A stretch of DNA of 24,000 nucleotides from an uncultured Gammaproteobacteria bacterium. Its GTDB lineage: Bacteria > Pseudomonadota > Gammaproteobacteria > Pseudomonadales > Endozoicomonadaceae. Made by a program: the position numbers and the translations under genes. The notes beneath the pieces are model-generated. The model worked only from the letters and a program-made list of their open reading frames with translations. It was not told where the DNA came from and searched no databases. Positions 1 to 9,662 of this stretch are shown here, piece by piece. How positions within the stretch are numbered: position 1 is the first letter of the stretch; each line of letters opens with the position of its first letter. The stretch is from positions 1 to 24,000 of the forward strand of contig CAKMZJ010000022.1 in assembly GCA_929200395.1 (NCBI GenBank), written 5' to 3'.

Positions 1-316
1 AATGTTAGGGTTATCAAATATTTTACTATATATTCCTTATGCCTAAATAAGAGGTATATACACGTGGCAGTTGGAAATGCGGGTTTTCAGCAAGTGATTA
101 TAAGTTTTTAGCCAAGGCAGTGTTAGTGTCGACTAAATCAAGAAATACTAACGCAGGATAAAAGCTTAGAAGCCTTGCCCTATGGGGGCTATTAAAAAGA
201 TTTACTTCATCGTTAAAACACTTTGAAATGCACTTGCATTCCTGCAGTATTTTGCCTCGAATTAAACCATTTTACTTAGCCCAGAAACCTAGCATTTTCA
301 TCTGCCACGCGCATAT

Positions 317-628
317 TTATTCATACACAATTATATCTTTATTTCTCTTTATAGTCCATTCGCCAATATTTTTTACTTCAATTAAATCATCTGCATTTTT
401 AAACTTACCTTTGCTCTTTCGATATGCAACAATCTCTTGAGCTGTAATTTCCCCTACGCCGTTCAAGTTAGTACTTAGCTCTTCTGCAGAAGCCGTATTG
501 ACATTAACTTTCGACATGGGTTCTTGCATGTTTTTTCCCATGGTATCCATCATTTTTTCTTCGGCAATAACATTAATATGATAGATTCCAGAAATTAGAA
601 TTAAAACAGTTAATAATCTTTTTATCAT
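317..628 (-). CDS. ComEA-like helix-hairpin-helix DNA-binding protein, small, with N-terminal signal peptide
   Basis: Signal-like N-terminus MIKRLLTVLILISGIYHINVIA, then VNVNTASAEELSTNLNGVGEITAQEIVAYRKSKGKFKNADDLIEVKNIG, the typical ComEA HhH pattern. Confidence 0.85.
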   Translation of the reverse strand: MIKRLLTVLILISGIYHINVIAEEKMMDTMGKNMQEPMSKVNVNTASAEELSTNLNGVGEITAQEIVAYRKSKGKFKNADDLIEVKNIGEWTIKRNKDIIVYE

Positions 629-994
629 TATTTTAACCTCAAACTCAAATTAGTTTATTATTATTTTATTTAATCTAACAATATGCGTGATGCGTGTTTT
701 GGTGTATCTCACCTCCTATTTGATAACTACATTACTTGTTTATTAAAAAAATAGTTGTAATAATAAAAATAAAAGTGTAGCATCTTCGATTGGTTGATAG
801 GCTTCATTAAAAATCGACAAAAAAATTATGTTTTTTAGCAAAAACATTTGTTTTTTATTGAAAACTTGATAGAATATCGGGCTAATGCTTGTGCAACCTG
901 TTTAAAAGCTAATAAAAATAGCATTTAAAGTATTTTAATTGTAAACCTAAAATTGTAAATTAACATTGAAATGTAGATAAACTAAAGCTAATTT

Positions 995-1411
995 ATGGAA
1001 CAGCTAATAGAATTCAGCCTCAATCACCCATTTTTAATTGGTACTTTAGTATCACTCGTTTTGCTTTTGTTATTTGTAGAAAGCAAACAGTCGGCTGTGG
1101 GAGTTTCTCCCTTAAAGCTAGTGAATATGGTTAATAATGAGTCAGCTATTGTAATAGATATAAGAGAAAAAAAAGAATATCAGAAAGGAAGTATACTAAA
1201 TTCGGTACACATACCCTTTACTAATTTTCAACAGTCAATATCTAAAATATCTCACTATAAAGATACCGCTTTGGTAATAGTAGATTCAGTAGGACATAAC
1301 TCTACTAGTATTTCACAAATATTAAAGAAGAATGGCTTTAAAGATATTTCTCGACTAAAAGGTGGGATCGCTAGCTGGACAGCTGAAAATCTTCCTTTGG
1401 TGAAATCTTAA
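995..1411 (+). CDS. Membrane-anchored rhodanese-like domain protein (YibN-like)
   Basis: N-terminal TM segment followed by VIDIREKKEYQKGSILNSVHIPF and LKGGIASWTAENLPLVK; located directly upstream of secB as in many gammaproteobacteria. Confidence 0.85.
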   Translation: MEQLIEFSLNHPFLIGTLVSLVLLLLFVESKQSAVGVSPLKLVNMVNNESAIVIDIREKKEYQKGSILNSVHIPFTNFQQSISKISHYKDTALVIVDSVGHNSTSISQILKKNGFKDISRLKGGIASWTAENLPLVKS

Positions 1412-1510
1412 CTTTATTTAAACATAACTATTTGATAAGTATAATATTTAAAATATTTTGACTTTATCAATATCTGTTTATGGTAAATTATTACAAAATT
1501 GGAACCCTTG

Positions 1511-1993
1511 ATGACTACCGAAAGCAAAAAACAAAATAGTTATTTTGCACTTGAGCGCATATATATAAAAGATGCTTCTTTTGAATCTCCAAAATCACCA
1601 GAAGTATTTAAAAAACAGTGGAATCCTGAAGTCAAAGTAGATCTCAGTAACACTAGCAGAAAGCTAGGAGACAACTTATATGAAGCAGTATTATCAATTA
1701 CTGTAACAGTTGTTGAATCTAAAAAAGAAGAACAGCAAGAAGAAGATAAAAGTTCTACTATTTTTGTAACTGAAATTCAACAAGCAGGTATATTTAAAAT
1801 TGAAGGCGTAAATGACGCTAAAATATTAGATCATACTTTATCGGTATTTTGTCTTAATATCTTGTTTCCATATGCTCGTGAAGCTATAGATAACATGGTT
1901 ACTCGTGGTAACTTCCCTCCTCTTATGATAGCACCTATTAATTTTGATTCGCTATATCAAAGTAAAAAGCAAGCAGCTGATAAAGAATCTTAA
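1511..1993 (+). CDS. secB: Protein-export chaperone SecB
   Basis: FALERIYIKDASFESPKSPEVFKKQWNPEVKVDL...FEI-type core, LFPYAREAIDNMVTRGNFPPLMIAPINFDSLY. The ORF track starts at TTG 1499; ATG 1511 (MTTESKK) is also possible and looks more conventional. Confidence 0.95.
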   Translation: MTTESKKQNSYFALERIYIKDASFESPKSPEVFKKQWNPEVKVDLSNTSRKLGDNLYEAVLSITVTVVESKKEEQQEEDKSSTIFVTEIQQAGIFKIEGVNDAKILDHTLSVFCLNILFPYAREAIDNMVTRGNFPPLMIAPINFDSLYQSKKQAADKES

Positions 1994-2143
1994 TATTAGT
2001 TTTTAAAAAACATGTATAGGGTAATGCAGATTACTTTACACTACAGTTGATACTTGGTATACAGTAGCTATATGCCTTATACTTAAGGTGTGTATATACA
2101 CAAGTATCTATTCTGTGTTTTAATCTTAGCGAGAAACTAAATT

Positions 2144-2347
2144 ATGGCGCTTATTTCAGTTAACGATAAACCTGTTGATGTAGATCATTACACTAATATA
2201 AAATCATTGTTAAAGAAGCTTAATACTACCATATCTGGAATTGCTATAGCAGTAAATTCAAAATTAATATCGCCTACACAATGGCAAGATACTATTTTAC
2301 AAGATGGCGATAAAGTATTAATCATAACTGCAACCGCAGGTGGGTAA
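2144..2347 (+). CDS. thiS: Sulfur carrier protein ThiS
   Basis: 67 aa ubiquitin-like fold protein ending in ...GDKVLIITATAGG (C-terminal GG), immediately upstream of thiG. Confidence 0.9.
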   Translation: MALISVNDKPVDVDHYTNIKSLLKKLNTTISGIAIAVNSKLISPTQWQDTILQDGDKVLIITATAGG

Positions 2348-2479
2348 TTTGTTAGCTGCAACAATATAGATCTTGATTTAATCCGGCTATAATGGTAGTT
2401 TTCTTATTGAAAAAACTAAAACTTCTTGCTAAAAAATGTATTTTCAAATTTAAGGTATGCCCTTCTCTAGAGAGTTATC

Positions 2480-3268
2480 ATGTTAAATATAGCAAACATA
2501 GAGTTTTCCTCAAGACTATTTCTTGGTACTGGAAAATTTGCTTCTCATACAACAATGTCTAAAGCAATTAAAGCATCGGCTAGCCAATTAGTCACGGTAG
2601 CATTAAAGCGTTTAGATTTTAATGAAATCAATGAAAATATTCTAGATTATTTACCAATGCACCAAATTAGGTTATTACCTAATACTTCTGGAGCCAAAAC
2701 AGCAGATGAAGCTATATTTGCCGCTCAATTAGCAAGAGAAGCACTAAAAACTAACTTATTAAAATTAGAAATACATCCAGATAACAAATATTTATTACCT
2801 GATCCAATAGAAACCCTTAAAGCCTGTGAAAAATTAGTAAAATTAGGTTTTACTGTACTACCTTATATTCATGCTGACCCTGTTTTATGTAAAAGATTAG
2901 AAGATGTTGGTGCTGCTGCGGTAATGCCTTTAGGATCACCTATTGGTAGTAATTTAGGGTTGCTAACTGAAGATTTTTTAAAGATTATAATTGATCAATC
3001 TAATGTACCTGTTATTGTTGATGCTGGTATCGGAAAACCTTCAGATGCAGCAAAAGCAATGGAATTAGGCGCTGATGCAGTTTTAGTAAATACTGCCATC
3101 GCCATAGCAAAAGATCCAATTGCAATGGCAACAGCTTTTAGAGATGCTGTTATTGCAGGAAGAATAGCATACTTTAATAGTTCAAATATAAACAATGCAG
3201 AATTAACTGCTCAAGCATCTAGCCCAATTACTAGTTTTTTGGATATTCTCGATGACATACCTCAATGA
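2480..3268 (+). CDS. thiG: Thiazole synthase ThiG
   Basis: [94 protein letters not shown]. Confidence 0.96.
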   Translation: MLNIANIEFSSRLFLGTGKFASHTTMSKAIKASASQLVTVALKRLDFNEINENILDYLPMHQIRLLPNTSGAKTADEAIFAAQLAREALKTNLLKLEIHPDNKYLLPDPIETLKACEKLVKLGFTVLPYIHADPVLCKRLEDVGAAAVMPLGSPIGSNLGLLTEDFLKIIIDQSNVPVIVDAGIGKPSDAAKAMELGADAVLVNTAIAIAKDPIAMATAFRDAVIAGRIAYFNSSNINNAELTAQASSPITSFLDILDDIPQ

Positions 3269-4379
3269 GTTTAATAAAATATCTTGGGATGATATAAAGC
3301 TAGACATAAATGCTACTACTAGGCAACAAGTACTAATTGCTTTAAATAAAAAAAAGCCAGATTTTAACGATTTTTTAGCTTTGCTATCACCTGTAGCAAG
3401 CGATTTTTTAGCTATCATGGTTAATAAAAGCCTAGAAATAACTAGAAAACGCTTTGGTAGCGTAATGCAAATGTTTATTCCTTTATATTTATCGAACAAA
3501 TGCTCTAATATATGTACGTATTGCGGTTATAGTCTTAACAATAAAGTACCAAGAAAGTCGTTGAATATAGAAGAAATAAAACAAGAGGTTGATGCTATAA
3601 AAAAAATGGGATTTGATCATATACTATTAGTAACAGGTGAAGCTGGTAATATAGGGACAGATTACTTTGCTAAAGCATTAGAAGTTATCAAGCCTCATTT
3701 TTCACATATAAGTTTAGAATCACAACCTTTAGCAGAAGCAGAATACGCAAGACTAAAACAATTAGGATTAGACGCAGTTTTTGTTTATCAAGAAAGCTAC
3801 AACCAACATTGTTATAAGTCGTATCACTTATATGGTAAAAAAACTAATTTTAATTACCGCTTAGAAACTCCAGATCGTATAGGCAAATCAGGCGTAGATA
3901 AAATAGGACTCGGATTTTTAATAGGTTTATCTGATCAGTGGCGTACTGAAGCTGCTATTATGGCTAATCATTTAGATTACCTAGAAAAAAGCTATTGGAA
4001 GTGTCGTTACTCAATATCTTTACCTAGACTAAGACCAACTAAAGCTAATCAAACAAGTAATTCCTATATAACAAATAAACAATTGTTACAATTAATTTGT
4101 GCATATAGAATTTATAATAACACTGTTGAAATTTCTCTCTCTACTAGAGAGTCTCCTGAATTACGCGATTTTTTATTGCCTTTAGGGGTAACTTCAATAA
4201 GTGCATGTTCTAAAACCTCACCAGGAGGTTATGCCCAAAATAAAAATGATAAAGCAAATTTAGAGCAGTTTACGATTTCTGATGATCGCTCAATTAACGA
4301 TATTATGCAGTCTATTAAAAAAGCAGGGTTGGATCCAGTAAAAAAAGACTGGGATTATTTTTACACAGCTTCAAATTAA
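3252..4379 (+). CDS. thiH: 2-iminoacetate synthase ThiH (radical SAM)
   Basis: [11 protein letters not shown] radical-SAM CxxxCxxC motif, [44 protein letters not shown]; overlaps the end of thiG by 17 nt. Confidence 0.95.
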   Translation: MTYLNEFNKISWDDIKLDINATTRQQVLIALNKKKPDFNDFLALLSPVASDFLAIMVNKSLEITRKRFGSVMQMFIPLYLSNKCSNICTYCGYSLNNKVPRKSLNIEEIKQEVDAIKKMGFDHILLVTGEAGNIGTDYFAKALEVIKPHFSHISLESQPLAEAEYARLKQLGLDAVFVYQESYNQHCYKSYHLYGKKTNFNYRLETPDRIGKSGVDKIGLGFLIGLSDQWRTEAAIMANHLDYLEKSYWKCRYSISLPRLRPTKANQTSNSYITNKQLLQLICAYRIYNNTVEISLSTRESPELRDFLLPLGVTSISACSKTSPGGYAQNKNDKANLEQFTISDDRSINDIMQSIKKAGLDPVKKDWDYFYTASN

Positions 4380-4415
4380 ATTATATCTTGTGAATATGAT
4401 TTTAAAGCATTAGTT

Positions 4416-6302
4416 TTACACTGTCGGACTAAGTTTAAGTTGCCCCTTTATTATACGGTTATTATCTGGGTTTTCAAAATCGTATTCAATTTCAGTGGTA
4501 ACTTCATATGGGCATACATGCCTGAATGCTATGTCATCAGTAATAAAAGTAATTTTTCCAGATAAGCTGGTTTTAATTATTATTTTATCATCGCTTGTTT
4601 TATAAAATGTTATATTAAATTTTCTATCTTCATTTGGTAGTGCAATAGCAGGAGCTTTATGATTGAAGGCATCATTCAATTTTTCCATAACATATGACAT
4701 AGCTAATATTGCGGGAGCTGCGGCGGCAGCTTGGGATTGCTCTTTTAATAGAAAGTTAGTAATTTCTGAATTATCTTTAGCTAGAAACTTTTTAATTTGA
4801 GCGCGTCGGTACTGTACAAGTTCAGTTTTTATTTCTTCTAATTCATGTGATTTATCAGCATATTCTTTAGTACTTTGGTCAAGACTTGTTAGTTCAGCGT
4901 TGCATGTTTTTAGCTTTTTAGTCATTTCTACTGCTTCTAGATCTGAGCTATTCCAAACTGGCTTATTATTTTCAAAGAATTCTATATGTGGATCATATCT
5001 AACTATGTCTACTAGAAAGTCAGAATCTGCTGTTTTTTTGGAACATGTAATTTTATGCAAATGCTCATCAATGAAATTCTTCATATAAAATAAAGAATCA
5101 TTAGCTGTAAAACTTCGTATATCATTACCACCAGCGTTTACTTGAAATTCTATATGATTTTCTAATGCTTTTTCCATCATATTTTTACATTTTTTAGCCT
5201 GTATTTTATCAGCCTCAATAGCACTATTTATTACCATATTAACAAAACTAATTGTATTATTTATAAAAGTTAGCAGATCAGATGGAGTTGGTTCTTTCCT
5301 GCTATTCTTCTTAAAATAATAAATAGATTTATCTATAAACATTTTATTAAAATCTTCTTGAGAGCAAGATGACATTTTTGTTAAAGTGTCAATATCACAA
5401 GCAGATTTAGAATATTTTTTAAAAAAATCATGAAAAGAGTTATCTAGTCGTTTTTGTTCTTTATTGAGTGTGCGGCGCAGATGAGATTTTAAACTACCAA
5501 ACAATCCTTTTTGTTGTGTTTTTTTAGCATTATTTTTATTAGTAACAGCTAAATCTGGTTGTATAGGGGCATATGCCGTGTCACTAGGTAGTTTTTTGTT
5601 TTCAGGTTTTTCTGGGATCTGATCTTCTATAACGGTATTTTTATCTTGATGTTCATATTTTTTAGTCAGTATGCTTTCTGTTTCTGTTTCTATTGTTAAT
5701 TCAGCGTCTCTATTATCTTCAAAGGGGTTGTTATCTTTAAGAGGTATTTCGGTTAGAATAGAGTCATTATCGATTGCAGGTTTCTCTGAAATCTGATCTT
5801 CTATAGCGGTATTTTTATCTTGATGTTCGCCTTCTTCAGTAGTTATATTTTGTGTTTCTGTATCTATTATTATTTCAGTATCTTTATTATCTTTAAAGGG
5901 TTCGCTATCTTCACGAGGTATTTCAGCTACAATATAGTCTTTATCGTTTGTAGGAATTATAGGTATTCTTTGCTTTAGTTTAGCTAGTGGCAGAAATTTA
6001 GAAAGGATATATGCAAAAAAAGAATCTATTTTATCACAAATATAGCTAAATACTGAAACTACAGCTTCTACACATAATTTTAAAATACCATGAAGCTTGT
6101 TTATAATTGAAGCGGATTTAATGTCTCTTTCACTAAGGTGTGTTTGTTCACTAGCGGTATCTTCCCTATTAACAGTAGGAATTCTTTTTATGGTATTATT
6201 TTTATTATCAAGGTTGGTTTTTTCTTCAGTAGCTACTTTATCAAATTCATTGTTTAGTGTTTTTCCTAGGTTTGACCTAGAGCTAGGTTTTTGTACAGCC
6301 AT
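4416..6302 (-). CDS. Hypothetical 628-aa protein, possible effector; central two-copy 58-aa tandem repeat, one hydrophobic segment, low-complexity charged regions
   Basis: Single long ORF with AAGGAGTG-like RBS just upstream on the minus strand; no recognised family; internal repeat visible in protein and DNA. Confidence 0.8.
   Translation of the reverse strand: MAVQKPSSRSNLGKTLNNEFDKVATEEKTNLDNKNNTIKRIPTVNREDTASEQTHLSERDIKSASIINKLHGILKLCVEAVVSVFSYICDKIDSFFAYILSKFLPLAKLKQRIPIIPTNDKDYIVAEIPREDSEPFKDNKDTEIIIDTETQNITTEEGEHQDKNTAIEDQISEKPAIDNDSILTEIPLKDNNPFEDNRDAELTIETETESILTKKYEHQDKNTVIEDQIPEKPENKKLPSDTAYAPIQPDLAVTNKNNAKKTQQKGLFGSLKSHLRRTLNKEQKRLDNSFHDFFKKYSKSACDIDTLTKMSSCSQEDFNKMFIDKSIYYFKKNSRKEPTPSDLLTFINNTISFVNMVINSAIEADKIQAKKCKNMMEKALENHIEFQVNAGGNDIRSFTANDSLFYMKNFIDEHLHKITCSKKTADSDFLVDIVRYDPHIEFFENNKPVWNSSDLEAVEMTKKLKTCNAELTSLDQSTKEYADKSHELEEIKTELVQYRRAQIKKFLAKDNSEITNFLLKEQSQAAAAAPAILAMSYVMEKLNDAFNHKAPAIALPNEDRKFNITFYKTSDDKIIIKTSLSGKITFITDDIAFRHVCPYEVTTEIEYDFENPDNNRIIKGQLKLSPTV
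5604..5945 (-). repeat. In-gene tandem repeat, 2 units of 174 bp (58 codons)
   Basis: Units EIPREDSEPFKDNKDTEIIIDTETQNITTEEGEHQDKNTAIEDQISEKP and EIPLKDNNPFEDNRDAELTIETETESILTKKYEHQDKNTVIEDQIPEKP; the DNA word gatcttctat recurs at 5621 and 5795 (174 nt apart). Confidence 0.85.
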
Positions 6303-6451
6303 ATCACACTCCTTGTTTAAATGCTTTCATGAGATATTTAAACTATGGCATTTTGTATTTTAATCTGCGAGTCTGGTATTATATTTTATTGAGGTAATAA
6401 CTTGACACTTATAACAACATAATAGCATTTTTCTACTAAATAATCAATAAC

Positions 6452-7462
6452 TCATAATAAGCTTTTAAATAGCTTTTCTCTTACACTTTTACGAAATTTT
6501 CTTGGGGTTAATTGGCACTCTCTTTTAAATAATTTAGAAAAATAAACAGAATCTAAATATCCAACAGCTTGTGATATTTCAGCTATTGTTAAATTAGTGT
6601 TTTTGAGTAAGTCTCTGGCTTGATCAAGCCGTACTCCAAGTATATAGCGCTTTGGTGAGCATCCTGTAGCTACCTTAAATCTCCTATTTAAAGTTCTTAA
6701 TTCCATTTTACTTTTTGCACATAAAGCTTCGGTGGTTATGTTATTATTGTAATTTTCATGTATCCAGCTTTGCAGGCTAGCTATAGATTCATCTGTATGC
6801 ACGGAATTAGCTTCTACCGAGAAATAAATCTCATTAAAGGATCTTCGTATCTCATGAGAAAACTGTTGTTCTATTTTTGATGCTATACTTCTACCATAGG
6901 ATCTTTCAATTAAATGGACAATTAAATCAGCAACCGAGTTAACGCTGCCGACACAATATAGATTGTCTGCTTGAGTGATTAAATGATTGGGTTTAAAATT
7001 TATACTAGGATAGGTATGCTGTAGTTTATTTAAATAATACCAATGAGTAGTTGCTGGTTTACCATTTAATAATCCAGCTTCAGCAAGAAAAACTACCCCA
7101 GTTCCCGATGCAACTATAGTTGCTCCATTATGATATTGATTTTTAACCCAATTTATTACCTCAGGATTTTTCTTCATTATAACAAGTGGATTTCGCCACA
7201 AGGCAGGTATTAATATAAGATTAGTAGTTTTACTATTCGTAAATATGGAATCAGGGGTTAGTTTTAGAATACCTAAAGTGCTAACTTCTTTAGTGTCTTT
7301 AGAATAAAAATTTACTGATATTGAGCTATTTTCTGTTTCTGAAAACTTCAGGCGAAAATAGCTATTAGCAGCTTTAATCATCTCAAGGGGTAAGCTAATA
7401 CTGGTAAGTATCATGTTGTTAATTAATGGAATAGATATCTGATTAAATAAGTATTTGCTCAT
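6452..7462 (-). CDS. GlxA-type transcriptional regulator (DJ-1/PfpI-like domain plus AraC-type HTH)
   Basis: N-terminal PfpI-like part with GATIVASGTGVVFLAEAGLLNGKPATTHW; C-terminal AraC HTH: CSPKRYILGVRLDQARDLLKNTNLTIAEISQAVGYLDSVYFSKLFKRECQLTPRKFRKS. Confidence 0.92.
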   Translation of the reverse strand: MSKYLFNQISIPLINNMILTSISLPLEMIKAANSYFRLKFSETENSSISVNFYSKDTKEVSTLGILKLTPDSIFTNSKTTNLILIPALWRNPLVIMKKNPEVINWVKNQYHNGATIVASGTGVVFLAEAGLLNGKPATTHWYYLNKLQHTYPSINFKPNHLITQADNLYCVGSVNSVADLIVHLIERSYGRSIASKIEQQFSHEIRRSFNEIYFSVEANSVHTDESIASLQSWIHENYNNNITTEALCAKSKMELRTLNRRFKVATGCSPKRYILGVRLDQARDLLKNTNLTIAEISQAVGYLDSVYFSKLFKRECQLTPRKFRKSVREKLFKSLL

Positions 7463-7591
7463 ATTGTTTAATCGCTGTCTTTAATGTTTGGTTTTGTGTC
7501 TTTTTTGTCATGCTTTTTTTTCGTATAAAAGTATATAGTAGAGGGTGTATATAATATAGCAACTAATTCATTAACAAAAGGAGATCTTCTG

Positions 7592-9412
7592 TTGCAAAAA
7601 TTACCTGTAATTATTGCTCAGGGGGGTGTTAGTCCAGCAGGAAGAACCTCAGGCTTTTATGGCTATAGACGATTAATTTTTGATAATTTGTCAGCCATGC
7701 ATAAACAACAAACAATTAAAGCGTTGGCAAATTTATCTGATACAAGCAAAGGTAAATCAGAGGCTGAATTATTATCTGAGACATTAATTCGTCAAATAAC
7801 GCCAGATGTATTCGATTACAGCAATATTTATTCTCATAAAGCGGTAACGGTAGATGCTAATACTGCCATAAATATCAAGCAAAAAATCGATAACAAAAAT
7901 TGGAAAATCACCAAAAATAGTGATAATAGCTATAAAATATCTAGCACTAAAGAACAAAATATCATGCTTCCTAGTAGCTATAGTCTTTTGGTGCATGGTG
8001 CAGGGATGCTTCCTAGTGGTTTTTCTCCAGAGTTATTCTACCCCGCACGTAATCATCCACGAAATTTAGCTATGACTGTTTATGCGATATCTGATGCTAT
8101 TGCATCATCTGGGTTTAGCGTTGACGAGCTGAGAACTTTAGTTTCACCAACACAAATAGGAGTATATGCTGGCACTGCTATGTCAGCAATGGAGTATTCT
8201 GGGTTTGGAGGTATGTTACAAGCAAGGTTAAAATCAAAAAGAGTAACGGCAAAGCAATGCCCTTTAGGTTTTGCAGAAATGCCAGCGGATTTTATCAATG
8301 CATATGTCTTTGGGTCGTTAGGGAAAACTAGCTGTAATTTGGGTGCTTGTGCTAGCCTATTATACAATCTTGAACATGCAATTAGTGATATACAAACAGG
8401 TAAAGTTCGTATTGCTATTGTTGGCAATAGTGAAGCCCCAATAGTTCCAGAAATTATTGAAGGTTATGCTGCGATGAAAGCATTAACAACAGCAGATGAT
8501 TTACGTAATTTAGATAACCTATCGGTAGCAGATACAGTTAATTGGACTAAATCTTGTAGACCATTTGCTAATAACGCTGGATTTACTATAGCTGAGTCTG
8601 CACAGTATTTTATTTTAATGGATGATGAGCTGGCATTACAAACAGGCGCTGATATTTTAGCATCTACAGCGGGTGTATTTATCAATGCAGATGGCTATAA
8701 AAAATCTATATCTTCTCCTGGAGCAGGGAATTACATCACAGCGGCAAAAGCCACTGGTTTATTACGTGCAATTGTTGGTGAAAAGTCATTACAAAACAAT
8801 AGTTTTATTCAAATGCATGGTACTGGAACACCGCAAAATCGAGTAACAGAATCACATATTTTTGATGAAATAGCTAAAGCATTTACTATAAATAACTGGC
8901 AAGCAACAGCAGTTAAAAACTATTTAGGACATTCCATAGGAACAGCAGCTGGTGACCAAATTATGGCTACCTTAGGTATTTGGCAGGACGGCATTATTCC
9001 AGGAATAACAAATACTAAGGATATAGCAGATGATGTCTCTCAAACTAGGTTAAACTTCTTATTAGAACACACCTCGATAAATCATAAAATTACAGATTCA
9101 GCATTAATAAATGCTAAAGGATTTGGTGGCAATAATGCCACTGCTGCATTACTTAGCCCATATTTTACTCATGATTTATTAGCTAACAAGCATGGTGCTA
9201 AAGCAATAAATTCTTGGAAGAAAAAAAGAGAAAAAATAGTACAAAACCAGCAACGGCATAATGAAAATTGCTTAAATGGTTCATTTAAACCTATATATAG
9301 ATTTGGCGAGCAGGTGCTAGACCATAACGATGTAAGCTTAGAATCAGATAAATTAACAATAAATAGCTATAATTTGCAAGAAAGTTTGAATATAAAAAAT
9401 CCTTATAGTTAA
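7592..9412 (+). CDS. fabY: Beta-ketoacyl-ACP synthase, FabY-type (PA5174-like)
   Basis: LPVIIAQGGVSPAGRTSGFYGYRRLIFD, LPLGFAEMPADFINAYVFGSLGKTSCNLGACASLLYNLEHAI, IVGNSEAPIVPEIIEGYAAM, INADGYKKSISSPGAGNY, MHGTGTPQNRVTES, YLGHSIGTAAGDQ, NAKGFGGNNATAALLSP. These match my recollection of P. aeruginosa FabY; TTG start with aaaggaga RBS. Confidence 0.9.
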   Translation: MQKLPVIIAQGGVSPAGRTSGFYGYRRLIFDNLSAMHKQQTIKALANLSDTSKGKSEAELLSETLIRQITPDVFDYSNIYSHKAVTVDANTAINIKQKIDNKNWKITKNSDNSYKISSTKEQNIMLPSSYSLLVHGAGMLPSGFSPELFYPARNHPRNLAMTVYAISDAIASSGFSVDELRTLVSPTQIGVYAGTAMSAMEYSGFGGMLQARLKSKRVTAKQCPLGFAEMPADFINAYVFGSLGKTSCNLGACASLLYNLEHAISDIQTGKVRIAIVGNSEAPIVPEIIEGYAAMKALTTADDLRNLDNLSVADTVNWTKSCRPFANNAGFTIAESAQYFILMDDELALQTGADILASTAGVFINADGYKKSISSPGAGNYITAAKATGLLRAIVGEKSLQNNSFIQMHGTGTPQNRVTESHIFDEIAKAFTINNWQATAVKNYLGHSIGTAAGDQIMATLGIWQDGIIPGITNTKDIADDVSQTRLNFLLEHTSINHKITDSALINAKGFGGNNATAALLSPYFTHDLLANKHGAKAINSWKKKREKIVQNQQRHNENCLNGSFKPIYRFGEQVLDHNDVSLESDKLTINSYNLQESLNIKNPYS

Positions 9413-9495
9413 TGAGGTTTTAGTAGCTTTATATGCACCTTCTTCTACTTGAATATATATATTTTCAGAGTTTAGTAAAAAGATTTAATTTAAGG

Positions 9496-9536
9496 CAAAA
9501 TACCGAAGGAATGCAATTGCATCTCAAGGTGTTTTG
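9496..9536 (+). terminator. Possible transcription terminator or structured element downstream of fabY
   Basis: CAAAATACC (9496-9504) pairs with GGTGTTTTG (9528-9536) with one G-U pair, enclosing the palindrome ATGCAATTGCAT (9511-9522). Confidence 0.35.
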
Positions 9537-9662
9537 TATCCAATAATAATTTTCAAAGGCTATATAAGCTTTTAATAACCTGTTATTAAATTCATAAAAA
9601 TTAGCTTCTAGTTTTTTAGGTTATTGTTAGTTCAAGCTTGAGATAATGACTTATAGTAAAAA

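Noticed and set aside
228-440. Plus-strand ORF of 70 aa
   Set aside because: Overlaps the convincing ComEA-like gene on the minus strand; composition is typical of antisense noise.
2995-3499. Minus-strand ORFs 2995-3195 and 3203-3499
   Set aside because: Antisense shadows of well-supported thiG and thiH; no family resemblance.
4900-6363. Plus-strand ORFs 4900-5088 and 6097-6363
   Set aside because: Antisense to the 628-aa gene or overlapping its start region; no RBS or family signal.
8080-8685. Minus-strand ORFs 8080-8427 and 8464-8685, also 7784-7996
   Set aside because: Fully inside fabY, antisense, low-complexity translations.
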